Shown here: piece by piece, positions 17,901-26,677 of the stretch | How positions within the stretch are numbered: position 1 is the first letter of the stretch | How the letters are laid out: every line of letters begins with the position of its first letter | Source of the DNA: an uncultured Planctomycetota bacterium | Lineage (GTDB): Bacteria; Planctomycetota; CAZGEP01 | Length of the DNA: 64,000 nucleotides | Assembly (NCBI GenBank): GCA_964524955.1 | Contig: CAZGEP010000003.1 | Location: 15 to 64,014 of the forward strand | Reading direction: 5' to 3' | Position numbers and translations under genes: made by a program | Notes under the pieces: model-generated | Told to the model about the DNA's origin: nothing | What the model saw: only the letters and a program-made list of their open reading frames with translations | The model's database searches: none

Positions 17901-20900
17901 GTAGCCCTGCTAATGGATTATCATTATCTACACAGGAATTATCTCTCGCTCTTGCCTCTACCTCAACAACGGGGGCTTTAAGCTCTACCGACTGGAATAC
18001 TTTTGATGGTAAAGCGGAGTTTCCACTTGTTAATTCAGGCGGTACATATCCCACTCCTTCTGCAAGTTTTGGGGATGGAGATACGTTTTTAAGAGAATCA
18101 GCAGATGATGTGCTTGATCTGTATGTTGCTAATAGTAAGATACTACATTTTGACAGCGAAGGGGTTGATTTTGTAAATGGGAAAGGAATAAGTTTTTATT
18201 CTGATAACGGATCGACAAGAATTGCTAATATAACTCCCTTTAGTGATGATATATACTTTTCTCTTGATACAGGTATGCTCTATTTAGGAGGTGATGAAGT
18301 AATAGTTAGTAGTTCAACAGGGTTTAGGGCACAGGGTACTGTAAGATTTGCTGATGGTGCAACAGCAGGGTATTATTTAAAATGTACGGATAGTATTGGC
18401 ACTGCAGAGTGGGCAGCTGTAACTGCTTCACAAACGTATAAGGGTGTCTGGGATGCAGATACCAATGATCCTACCCTTGCTGATGGTACAGGTACAGCTG
18501 GGGATTATTACAGAGTGACGGTAGCAGGTACTCAGGATCTTGGTTCAGGTAATATTACTTTTAGCGTTGGTGATGATGTAACCTATGATGGTAGCGTATG
18601 GAATAGAATACCTGCTGCGACAATAGTAGGTAACGCCTTAACAAAAACCGATGATACTAATGTTACACTGAGCCTTGGTGGCTCCGCATCTACAGCATTG
18701 GTAAACGCTGCCTCTATTACAGTTGGGTGGACGGGAACTCTTGCTGATGAACGTATTGCGAGTGCTTCTAATTGGAATACCGCCTATGGATGGGGTGATC
18801 ATGCCGGGTTATATGATGATTATGATCATTGGAACCTTAAAACCAATAATGTTCACAGAACAACGATAGGATCGGATGGCGACCTGGATATTGTCGCTGG
18901 CACCAACGTGACGGTATCTTATAGTGCTGGTGGTGTGGTGACGATCAGCTCTACCGACACCGATACAGATACAACCTATACGGCTGGAGATGGCCTGGAT
19001 CTAACGGGCACTGAGTTTTCTGTTGATCTGGTTACCGATGGTGGATTAAAAATTACCACTGGGCAATTAGAGGTTGATCTATTGAATATCGATCATGATA
19101 ATTTATTAAACTTTACTGAGGATGAGCATTTTGTCCAGGGAGATATTACAACTGTTGGAACGATTGCTACAGGGGTATGGAACGGAACTGCATTAACGGC
19201 TAATTATGTGCCTGATCATGATGATCTGAACAACGTATCTGCCAATGAACATATTGACTGGACAATTGATCAGGGGGCAACAAACATTCATTCTGGTAAT
19301 TATACTGATACGACATATTCAGATGGACAGGGGATTAATCTTGTAGGTACTGTTTTTGAAGTTAATGCTGGATCAGGATTAATTCAATATTCTACCGGGC
19401 TTTCTCATGATAATACAACCTCTGAGGTTAGTAGTAACAATAGTGGTAGGACATATATACAGGATATTCTTATTGATTCGTTTGGCCATGTGACGGGAAT
19501 AACTACCGCCACGGAAACAGTTGTTAATACGGATACCCATTATTATTTGATTGGCGTTACTGTAAATGCTATTAATGATGTTGATTTTATAGTATCAGGG
19601 GCAGCAGATATTGAGGCAGTAGATTTTAGTCATGATCATGCATGGTCAGATATAACAAGTGGTGTTCCTACTGATATAACTGATATGACCCTCTATGATA
19701 CCGATAATTTAGGTGAGGGGGCAATAAATTTATATTATACAGAGGCCAGGGTAAACGCCAACACAAATGTCGCAGCCAATACAGCGGCCCGGCATGATGC
19801 AGTAACTATTGGTAGCCCTGCTAATGGATTATCATTATCTACACAGGAATTATCTCTCGCTCTTGCCTCTACCTCAACAACGGGGGCTTTAAGCTCTACT
19901 GATTGGAACACATTTAATGATAAGGTTTCGTTTCCCGGGTTTGATTCTTTGCTTAATGATTATGGTTATGTAGAGCCAACTCATGCTTTAGATGAATTGA
20001 CAGATGTCGTTATTTCCGCACCCTCTCCTGATGAAATATTGATATTTAATGGTGAATGGTGGATCAACAACACCTTTGCAGAGGCCGGCATACAGCCAGC
20101 TGCAACTGCGGTAACAACATCAACCTCTTTTGGTGGAGATGTCAGTGGAACATATGATGCTATAGTGGTTGCTGATGATAGTCATACGCACGATACAAGG
20201 TATTATACTGAGACGGAATCAGATGCCAGGTTTGTAGAGGTTGCTGGTGATACGATGAGTGGTACCTTAATTCTTCCATCAATTAGGATAACAACCGGTG
20301 CTACGGATGGTTATTATCTGCGTTCTGATATAAATGGTAATGGTACCTGGGCGGCCGTATCTGCCTCTCAGACTTACAAGGGTACTTGGGATGCAGACAC
20401 CAATGATCCTACCCTTGCCGATGGTACAGGAACGGCTGGTGATTATTACAGGGTAACGGTGGCCGGTACACAAGATCTTGGATCAGGAAATATTACTTTT
20501 AATGTTGGGGATGATGTATCTTATGATGGCAGTGTTTGGGAAAGAATACCTGCAGCAACTATTGTTGGAAATGCTCTAACAAAAACCGATGATACTAATG
20601 TTACACTGAGCCTTGGTGGCTCCGCATCTACAGCATTGGTAAACGCTGCCTCTATTACAGTTGGGTGGACGGGAACTCTTGCTGATGAACGTATTGCGAG
20701 TGCCTCTAATTGGAACACTGCTTATGGATGGGGGGATCATGCAGCTGCTGGATATTTAACTACTCCATATGTTCATCCAGATCATACAGGACAAGTTTTA
20801 TCAAATGGGGATGGAGATACAATTTTAGATGTTAGTGCAATATCAGGTCAAACAGATGATTCTGTTTGTAGTTCAACTGATCAGTTATTATATAACAAGG

Positions 20901-22027
20901 GAGGTAGTCTACGCAGGATGGATATATCTGTTCTTGAAACATACATGCAGGATAATCTGTCTTTTGATGATTATAATGGATGGAGATTGTATACAGACGG
21001 AACCTTCAGAGATACAGTTAATACAAATGAGATTGTTAATTTAGAGGGTGGTAATGTTATTAGTTTAACTTACGATTCTACACTTAATACAATTACCATA
21101 GATCATGATAATCATACAGGACAAGTTTTATCAGATGGTACTGGCGTTACAACCTTAGATGTTAGTGCAATATCAGGTCAAACAGATGATTCTGTTTGTG
21201 GTTCGACTGACCAATTATTATATAATAAGGGAGGTAGTTTACGTAGGATGGATATATCTGTTCTCGAAACATATATGCAGGATAATCTTACTTTTGGGGG
21301 ATCAATATCTTATGGTGGAACTTATCAGATTCCGTATACTAATACGACATCGACTGCTTATCTACATTCATCGAATCTTACTTTTGACGGGTCAACATTA
21401 ACCTTGTCTGGGTCGTTGAGTGCTACAAATATTGGGGCCTTTAATTCAACAGGAACAATTAGCAGATCTACTACAGCAGATGATCAGGATATCATAAGCA
21501 TAACTGGTGGTGGAAGTTATAATACTAATATTTGGAAGATAGGATTAAATAATGCTACTACTTATGGTTTTTATCTCCAATATTATGGTGCAGGTACAGG
21601 AAATTTAAATGGTTTAAGGTTATATACTCACAACCAGACTGGGACAGATGTAATGGCTTATGAAATATTGCAGGATGGAACGGTAACATTTACACAGGAA
21701 ATCACCGCTGCTGATTTTGCTTTAGCATCGGATCCCAGGTTAAAGATTGTTGAATCGCCAGTTACTAATGGACTTGAAATAATTGAGGCGTTGAACCCGG
21801 TTAATTATACCTGGAAAGATAAAAGAGATGATTATAGTCATATTGGATTTCTTACAACAGATGTTGAGAAAGTGCGACCTGAATTAGTTATAAAGGGACA
21901 AGAAACCGATTCTCTTTCATATATGAGGTTTACGGCTATTAATACAGCAGCTATAAAAGAGTTAAATGATCAGATTAAAGAATTGCAGGATCAATTAAAA
22001 GAATTAAAAAATGGCTACAGTACCTAA
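14963..22027 (+). CDS. giant tail fibre (2354 aa) with internally duplicated modules and a C-terminal intramolecular-chaperone (peptidase S74-like) domain
   Basis: Repeated protein modules (HDAVTIGSPANGLSLSTQELSLALASTSTTGALSSTDWNTF x2; QTYKG.WDADTNDPTLADGTGTAGDYYRVTVAGTQDLGSGNITF...SNWNTAYGWGDHA x2; HTGQVLS.G.G.T.LDVSAISGQTDDSVC.STDQLLYNKGGSLRRMDISVLETYMQDNL x2). C-terminus ASDPRLKIVESPVTNGLEIIEALNPVNYTWKD...LKEL matches the auto-cleaving chaperone domain of endosialidase/T5-type fibres. Confidence 0.8.
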   Translation: MTNEEVLIRTRFRLDLTPKRVVFTDDIDYTVAGDDIDDFSGVIRISGPNGLIYENTDFGDPDIVPGTSRESLILITLPVDPQNGYQVYDGTYTVKYTIRNNSTLATYEETFVYGFHFEEPTMLHDVDSGPFTATLRSRDLTNYGSHIDTLTRVHTLHYPEGITPSPPADIVTALDDYTVDPAYSNLWEITIETNVLYIQPDQLEYRWIGSIYTEHCVFGSCINDMADVLGIMFDLYIGYTTTNPAKAAQFRERLIKSSTAYSLMEIAWRAGDYEEADKQINIIQDQVQLSGVTSCVQGGPSSEVIPCGPWDGTGIASPEYTFNNAITEVAGVVSLGGSLINDTNIVAGGYHFDVSGASVGHSVQMRIDAANPHIFIAADDGSNQGKVLVYENGVDLEYNDLGTPANNKKYSLGSSGLVENADYISDYVNRSLVSKEYVDSSIPDVAVVSDASLTGDGSVGDPLQVAVPFPGFTDLSTDYGYSEPTHAFSEITSTPTTLAGYGITDAVEDFLGLSDTPSAYTGEGEKFLKVNAGETAVEFSSASGFVPDTGGTFTGQVTIFTSENYPLILQQVGSGETVGVADPSINQIQFQDNDGDVQGVIGIDGTGNLMLETNVSGQLVQVGGDFDVLGDITVSGTVDGVDINAFKTLFDAHTHDFADITSTPTTLSGYGITDAMLNTAESWLTEFDEKIGVTISDRLVIEDVADSGTKKYVSVGELPNSAATFLALTDAPSSFSGSGDYVVTVNTATTALEFTDYSGLHITTADGTLNAYSEKVLPTINDVLIIEDAADSYEQKKIYIGNLPSSGGGSGVALYYRFDNTTAKADPTAGRFRLNNATLADVTEIYVDDLAYNSIDISTIIENIYVGDYLYIQQLDSTSNVVIYRVTAIAVDEVGYYTVAVEYVSEGGDGPDNNADCGIIIQPSITSAYTFQHSIEESSGIVNLVNDEVSPGNSKLYGTDGSGAKGWFDITGDHDAVTIGSPANGLSLSTQELSLALASTSTTGALSSTDWNTFDGKAEFPLVNSGGTYPTPSASFGDGDTFLRESADDVLDLYVANSKILHFDSEGVDFVNGKGISFYSDNGSTRIANITPFSDDIYFSLDTGMLYLGGDEVIVSSSTGFRAQGTVRFADGATAGYYLKCTDSIGTAEWAAVTASQTYKGVWDADTNDPTLADGTGTAGDYYRVTVAGTQDLGSGNITFSVGDDVTYDGSVWNRIPAATIVGNALTKTDDTNVTLSLGGSASTALVNAASITVGWTGTLADERIASASNWNTAYGWGDHAGLYDDYDHWNLKTNNVHRTTIGSDGDLDIVAGTNVTVSYSAGGVVTISSTDTDTDTTYTAGDGLDLTGTEFSVDLVTDGGLKITTGQLEVDLLNIDHDNLLNFTEDEHFVQGDITTVGTIATGVWNGTALTANYVPDHDDLNNVSANEHIDWTIDQGATNIHSGNYTDTTYSDGQGINLVGTVFEVNAGSGLIQYSTGLSHDNTTSEVSSNNSGRTYIQDILIDSFGHVTGITTATETVVNTDTHYYLIGVTVNAINDVDFIVSGAADIEAVDFSHDHAWSDITSGVPTDITDMTLYDTDNLGEGAINLYYTEARVNANTNVAANTAARHDAVTIGSPANGLSLSTQELSLALASTSTTGALSSTDWNTFNDKVSFPGFDSLLNDYGYVEPTHALDELTDVVISAPSPDEILIFNGEWWINNTFAEAGIQPAATAVTTSTSFGGDVSGTYDAIVVADDSHTHDTRYYTETESDARFVEVAGDTMSGTLILPSIRITTGATDGYYLRSDINGNGTWAAVSASQTYKGTWDADTNDPTLADGTGTAGDYYRVTVAGTQDLGSGNITFNVGDDVSYDGSVWERIPAATIVGNALTKTDDTNVTLSLGGSASTALVNAASITVGWTGTLADERIASASNWNTAYGWGDHAAAGYLTTPYVHPDHTGQVLSNGDGDTILDVSAISGQTDDSVCSSTDQLLYNKGGSLRRMDISVLETYMQDNLSFDDYNGWRLYTDGTFRDTVNTNEIVNLEGGNVISLTYDSTLNTITIDHDNHTGQVLSDGTGVTTLDVSAISGQTDDSVCGSTDQLLYNKGGSLRRMDISVLETYMQDNLTFGGSISYGGTYQIPYTNTTSTAYLHSSNLTFDGSTLTLSGSLSATNIGAFNSTGTISRSTTADDQDIISITGGGSYNTNIWKIGLNNATTYGFYLQYYGAGTGNLNGLRLYTHNQTGTDVMAYEILQDGTVTFTQEITAADFALASDPRLKIVESPVTNGLEIIEALNPVNYTWKDKRDDYSHIGFLTTDVEKVRPELVIKGQETDSLSYMRFTAINTAAIKELNDQIKELQDQLKELKNGYST
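17882..17990. repeat. tail-fibre internal repeat A, copy 1 (~108 nt, near-identical to 19793..19899)
   Basis: catgatgcggtaactattggtagccctgctaatggattatcattatctacacaggaattatctctcgctcttgcctctacctcaacaacgggggctttaagctctac. Confidence 0.85.
18431..18806. repeat. tail-fibre internal repeat B, copy 1 (~375 nt, paired with ~20373..20745)
   Basis: Core 18641..18765 (125 nt) is identical to 20579..20703; flanks are diverged, mostly synonymously. Confidence 0.8.
19793..19899. repeat. tail-fibre internal repeat A, copy 2
   Basis: One mismatch relative to copy 1. Confidence 0.85.
20373..20745. repeat. tail-fibre internal repeat B, copy 2
   Basis: See copy 1. Confidence 0.8.
20783..20960. repeat. tail-fibre internal repeat C, copy 1 (paired with ~21113..21290)
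   Basis: Identical blocks atcatacaggacaagttttatca and ttagatgttagtgcaatatcaggtcaaacagatgattctgtttgt in both copies; the spurious twin ORFs 20829..21044 and 21159..21401 are a footprint of this repeat. Confidence 0.8.
21113..21290. repeat. tail-fibre internal repeat C, copy 2
   Basis: See copy 1. Confidence 0.8.
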
Positions 22028-23135
22028 TACTGATACTTTTACGCTACAGGATGTTGAAGATGTTATTACAACTATAGGTAATAGTTTAGTTGCTTGTTTT
22101 GCTGATGCCGATGCTGATAAATTTGATGAGAAGTATGAAGGGTCGAAGGATAGATTGTCTAATTTTCGTAATTACGGACATGTAGGATCAACATTTACTT
22201 ATTTATATTATCAAGATGGCCCAGCTGTATCTTTATATGGACAGGCAATTCATGGTGAGAAAGGAAGTAGTTATTTTCATGTTATTAGTAATGCATCTGG
22301 AAATCATGGAATAAGAACATATTACATAAATAGTTCAGGTGCAATGTTTTTAATGGATACTTATTCAGGATCTGCTTCGAGGGGGTTATGGGTAAAAAGT
22401 GATTCTGAGATTTTATATTTACAAAAAAATGATTTAAGGGTTTTGAAGTATGACTCAGGAAGTTTGTCGTTGGAAGATAGTATTTCTTTACCTTTTGGTT
22501 ATGATCCTGCTGATCTAACATCAGCAGGAGGTGCTATATATGTTCGGGGAGATTGGAGTGCAGGAGAAACTGAATTATTGATATATAATATTGATTTAAG
22601 TAGTCAATTAACAAAGAATGTTAGTAGTTTAGATCTGGGAGTGTCAATATACTCTATTTATACGCAAGGAGGTTATTTGTTTTTCTCAGCGTTCGTGTCT
22701 TCACAAAACAGGTTGTATGCATATTCTATTGATCCTGTTACTGGTGATCTAAGTTATGCCTCACATATAGAGACAGATTATCTTATTTTACGAATAACTG
22801 GTAATAAAGATGGATTGTTGTATTGTAGTATTAATAGTACAATAATTGAATGTTATAGTGTTACTTCAGCAGGATCAATTTCTCGTAGGGATCAAATATC
22901 TACTTTTAGTAGTTCAACTGGAAGTTTATCATATAAAGAGTTTTCTAATTTTATTTTTGCTAATAAGGACGGATACATATACGCTTTTAGAACAGATGAA
23001 AATGATGATTTTATACAAAGAGCTTTAATGTATGATTCGATTTTTCATAATGGAGATATATACGCTGATTTTGATAATGATATTATTGTGATATCTGACG
23101 AAGATTTCAATTTACGATCTTATCGACTTGAATAA
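22011..23135 (+). CDS. Ser/Tyr-rich beta-propeller-like protein (374 aa), probably tail-associated
   Basis: Recurring h-Y-x-h-S-x-D...G blade-like segments (LYAYSIDPVTGDLS, IYAFRTDEND, LYCSINST); overlaps the tail-fibre stop by 17 nt. Confidence 0.4.
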   Translation: MATVPNTDTFTLQDVEDVITTIGNSLVACFADADADKFDEKYEGSKDRLSNFRNYGHVGSTFTYLYYQDGPAVSLYGQAIHGEKGSSYFHVISNASGNHGIRTYYINSSGAMFLMDTYSGSASRGLWVKSDSEILYLQKNDLRVLKYDSGSLSLEDSISLPFGYDPADLTSAGGAIYVRGDWSAGETELLIYNIDLSSQLTKNVSSLDLGVSIYSIYTQGGYLFFSAFVSSQNRLYAYSIDPVTGDLSYASHIETDYLILRITGNKDGLLYCSINSTIIECYSVTSAGSISRRDQISTFSSSTGSLSYKEFSNFIFANKDGYIYAFRTDENDDFIQRALMYDSIFHNGDIYADFDNDIIVISDEDFNLRSYRLE

Positions 23136-23143
23136 CTGAATAG

Positions 23144-23917
23144 ATGAGAGATTTTAGGAAAATGAGAAACCCAGGTCAAAAGCACCATAGAAAATCACAT
23201 TCTACAATGGAGGTAGATTTTCCAATGGGGTATGTTTTTGTATGGTGTACTTCTCGGTCCGGTCATAACTTTATTATTAATAACATTTATTCATGGTTGG
23301 GGGATCCTGATAGGAAACAAAGAAGATATGTAAATGGGGAGGATTCCTGGCCGGATAGGCTCTATACGGTGGTTAATTGGAATGCCTTTAATCGAAGTCC
23401 GGGATCAATAAAGATTATTTTGATTCGGGATCTGCTGAATTGGTTTGCATCTAAGGTTTATCGAAAACGTCTTCACGATAAACCAAAGGACGTGGAGATG
23501 AAAGCTATCAGGGCAGATATTCAAAGATGGAAGAAGATCGCCAACTATTATTTCAGTGATTTACATCCTTTAATGTCTGGGGCCTACAAAATAAATTATG
23601 ATGAGTTTGTCATATCAGAGGATTATCGCAGGAAAATATGTTCGGAGATCGGGGGCACCTATAATGAAGATTATTTACACATTGTAACTAAAGAGGGGGG
23701 AGGCAGCTCTTTTACTGGATTAAATCAGATAAATGGCAATTACACGGATGTTATTAACCGATATAAGAAACTGGAAGGACTGGATGAGGTTGTGAGTTTG
23801 TTGTTCGAAGATCCGGAGGTTTTGTACCTTTATCTGGATAATTTTGATGTAAGTAAAGAGAAAGATGACTTTTTGGAAAGGCAAATGTTTAAAAGTACCG
23901 ATTGGGGAAATCCTTAG
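23144..23917 (+). CDS. Stf0-family (Sulfotransfer_3-like) sulfotransferase-like protein
   Basis: VWCTSRSGHNFII resembles the Stf0 PAPS 5'-phosphate-binding C-x-x-R-S-G-S-T block; LIRDLLNWFASKVY resembles R-R-D-x-x-x-Q-A-x-S; KINYDEFVISEDYRRKICSEIG resembles the C-terminal YE-x-L-x-x-x-P...LG. The true start may be the internal ATG at 23207. Confidence 0.4.
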   Translation: MRDFRKMRNPGQKHHRKSHSTMEVDFPMGYVFVWCTSRSGHNFIINNIYSWLGDPDRKQRRYVNGEDSWPDRLYTVVNWNAFNRSPGSIKIILIRDLLNWFASKVYRKRLHDKPKDVEMKAIRADIQRWKKIANYYFSDLHPLMSGAYKINYDEFVISEDYRRKICSEIGGTYNEDYLHIVTKEGGGSSFTGLNQINGNYTDVINRYKKLEGLDEVVSLLFEDPEVLYLYLDNFDVSKEKDDFLERQMFKSTDWGNP

Positions 23918-23954
23918 TATTATGTATATTGAGTAATAAATAAAAATCAGAGAC

Positions 23955-24476
23955 ATGGCAAAAGTAAAAATGACAAAAGAACAGGTTCTGAGGCTACACG
24001 CAGGTCTGTCAAAATCCAGGTTGACTGGTCATAGGTTTACCTATGCGGTAACAAAAAACAAAGAATCTCTGGCTCCGGAGGTCAAGGCAATTAGAGAATC
24101 GTTAAAGCCCTTGGAGAAGTATAAGGATTACGAAGAAAGGATCCAGGAGTTAAACGAAAAATTTGCAAACAAAGATAAAAAAGGGAACCCTGTCAGATTT
24201 GATCTTGGCCAGGGGCGTTTTGCATATGATATTCCTGGGGCAAACAGTTCGGAGAGTGAATATTCAAAAGCTGTTGATAAGGTCAAAAAAGAATTTAAGG
24301 ATATCATTGATAAGCAGGAGAAAAAAATTGAGGAAGATAAAAAGTTTCTCCAGGAAGAATCCACTGTTGATATCATGAAGATCTCTCTTAAAATTGTTCC
24401 TGAAGACGCTCCCCAGGAGGTCATGGATGGACTGTTTTTTATGATTAAGGAACCCACTGAAGCTGATATGGAATGA
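23955..24476 (+). CDS. hypothetical structural-module protein (173 aa, K/E-rich)
   Basis: ORF in an overlapping-gene operon. Confidence 0.45.
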   Translation: MAKVKMTKEQVLRLHAGLSKSRLTGHRFTYAVTKNKESLAPEVKAIRESLKPLEKYKDYEERIQELNEKFANKDKKGNPVRFDLGQGRFAYDIPGANSSESEYSKAVDKVKKEFKDIIDKQEKKIEEDKKFLQEESTVDIMKISLKIVPEDAPQEVMDGLFFMIKEPTEADME

Positions 24477-25171
24477 CACTATTTGAAGCATATGAGTTCA
24501 TGTTGTTTGTCCTGGATAAGGATTATAATGGAGATATTCTTACTCCGGCATATTACAATAGATTGTTACAAGCATCTAACTTGATGTATTATAAGTTAAA
24601 GTTTGGTCTACCCGAAGAATATCAGGTAGGCCGACCTGCTCCCAGGCAAGCCCCAGAGATTACTCGTAAGCTGAAAGATGATATTCGACAATTTAAAACG
24701 TTTTCAACTGTAGCTATTGATGGTAATGGTGATGGAGATTTTCCCGACAATTATGGTCATACGGATGCTGTTAGTTATGATAGAATAGTTTCTATTGACG
24801 GGGTGAGTCATACATATCGGTCACCGATTGATGAATTGACACAATCGGAGGCTGATGATCGCCTGGGGAACTATACTAAGATGCCGACCACGAAATATCC
24901 CATTTTAGTATATACCAGTGATGGTATTCGTGTATATCCAACGACAATAACGGTGGTTAATCTTTCTTATTATCGTTTGCCTATTCAGCCGGTGTTTGAT
25001 TATTCGATTGTCGATGATGAGATCTTAGTCGGTGAAGATCCTGTAGAGTGGGATTGGCCGGAAGATTGTCATATGGATATTGTTCGTATTATGCTTTCTG
25101 ATATGGGAGTGAACATTGGCAGTCAATTAATTACGCAGTATTCTGAAATGAAATCACAAAAAGGAGTCTGA
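24473..25171 (+). CDS. hypothetical structural-module protein (232 aa)
   Basis: ATGA overlap with the upstream gene. Confidence 0.45.
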   Translation: MTLFEAYEFMLFVLDKDYNGDILTPAYYNRLLQASNLMYYKLKFGLPEEYQVGRPAPRQAPEITRKLKDDIRQFKTFSTVAIDGNGDGDFPDNYGHTDAVSYDRIVSIDGVSHTYRSPIDELTQSEADDRLGNYTKMPTTKYPILVYTSDGIRVYPTTITVVNLSYYRLPIQPVFDYSIVDDEILVGEDPVEWDWPEDCHMDIVRIMLSDMGVNIGSQLITQYSEMKSQKGV

Positions 25172-25283
25172 TGAAAAGAACAATTATAAGAGGTCGCCAG
25201 AAAAAAACTGATCCATCTAAGGAAAAAAGTTCGCAAGAAAAGCCTGTCAGCTCTAATTCGAAAAGTGAAAAAACAATTAAGAA

Positions 25284-25919
25284 ATGAGAAAGATCCAGTT
25301 GACAGAAATGATAGTTGATTATCTCGCCGGAGGTGATGCCCCATCCGATGTGAGGGGGCGTTATCATGGGGCGATGATCGATCAGTATGTTAACATTGCC
25401 TATAATGATTTAATATACAATGTATATGTTGAGGGTCAGGAGATAGGTGATTACTCTCAGCTGGACTCTTTTGCAAGGGCATTTAGGGCTATTACGGTGT
25501 CTGATGATGGTGATAGGGACCTTAAATACGCTATCCTTCCATTCCCACCGGTCCAGCTTCCCGATAACATGGGTATTCGCTTGATATGTCCTAATGATGA
25601 TCCTACGACAGCATTTGCCTATTTGGATAACAACTCTGTGGCGGTTTTTAGTGCATTGGAGGTATCAAGTGTTGATGATTTGCCTGGGTTCTGGATTGAG
25701 AAAATGGATGATAATGAGTATCGGGTGTATTTTGATAACCCCGGAGATGTTTTGGCCAGTATAATGGCAAAGTTAATTCTGCCCCTGGGACAATATGATG
25801 ATTTTGATGAGGTACCGATGCCGGCAGGAAAAGATATGCACATTTGTGATCTTATTGTTAAACGCCTGAGAGAAAAACCAATGGAAGATCTTATTAATGA
25901 TAATGTACCTAAAACATGA
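25284..25919 (+). CDS. hypothetical structural-module protein (211 aa)
   Basis: ORF; no motif. Confidence 0.45.
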   Translation: MRKIQLTEMIVDYLAGGDAPSDVRGRYHGAMIDQYVNIAYNDLIYNVYVEGQEIGDYSQLDSFARAFRAITVSDDGDRDLKYAILPFPPVQLPDNMGIRLICPNDDPTTAFAYLDNNSVAVFSALEVSSVDDLPGFWIEKMDDNEYRVYFDNPGDVLASIMAKLILPLGQYDDFDEVPMPAGKDMHICDLIVKRLREKPMEDLINDNVPKT

Positions 25920-26677
25920 GTACAGAAAGTCCAAAAACAGCCGGGTATGTCAGTATACGATATGTAGTAATGTCTATTTTAAATAGGCGTAAAGACTACA
26001 CAATGCGACATTATAAGCATATTGCTCAATTGGTGATTGAGGGGTTTACCTCACTTAATATGTTTCACCTTCCCAATATCGAGGTGGAATATTTGTATAT
26101 GACCAGTAATAAAAGAGTATCAGTTCCTTTGGATTTTGTTGATTGGATTAAGGTTGGAGTGCCTATTAATGGTAAATTAAGGGTTCTTACAAAAGATGAT
26201 AAGATACTTCTTCCCCGGGAGTTTAGCGATGGTGCTGATGTTGGGAATGCTGATGCTGTTAATGTTAATCAAAATGTATTTTTTACTGATCATTTTAATG
26301 GTGGACAGTATGTAGGTGGGCTATATGGAATGCGAGGAGGTGTGAATACCGCCTATTATCGTTATGATGAGGAATCCCGGCAGTTTGTGTTTACCGGTAA
26401 CATACCACGGTCAGAGGTGGTTTTGGAATATATCTCTTCCGGAGTAAGTCTATCAGGATCCACGGTGATACCCAGGATAGCACATATGCCGCTTGTGACA
26501 TATGTTGATTGGTGGGAGGCAGAGAATGATCGTAGAGTATCCCTGGGAGAGAAAGAAAGGAAAAAAAGAAATCATTTTGAAGAGGTTGAGGCTGCCAGAT
26601 CGTTTGTGAGTACGCCAACTATTGAGGAATACAAAGATAGCCTATACAGAAGCATGAAGCAAACAGCTAAACGATGA
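25916..26677 (+). CDS. hypothetical structural-module protein (253 aa)
   Basis: ATGA overlaps on both sides. Confidence 0.45.
   Translation: MSTESPKTAGYVSIRYVVMSILNRRKDYTMRHYKHIAQLVIEGFTSLNMFHLPNIEVEYLYMTSNKRVSVPLDFVDWIKVGVPINGKLRVLTKDDKILLPREFSDGADVGNADAVNVNQNVFFTDHFNGGQYVGGLYGMRGGVNTAYYRYDEESRQFVFTGNIPRSEVVLEYISSGVSLSGSTVIPRIAHMPLVTYVDWWEAENDRRVSLGEKERKKRNHFEEVEAARSFVSTPTIEEYKDSLYRSMKQTAKR

Noticed and set aside
20829-21401. Twin + strand ORFs 20829..21044 and 21159..21401 (MLVQYQVKQMILFVV...)
   Set aside because: Alternative-frame read-throughs of the duplicated repeat C inside the tail-fibre gene; their near-identity simply mirrors the repeat.
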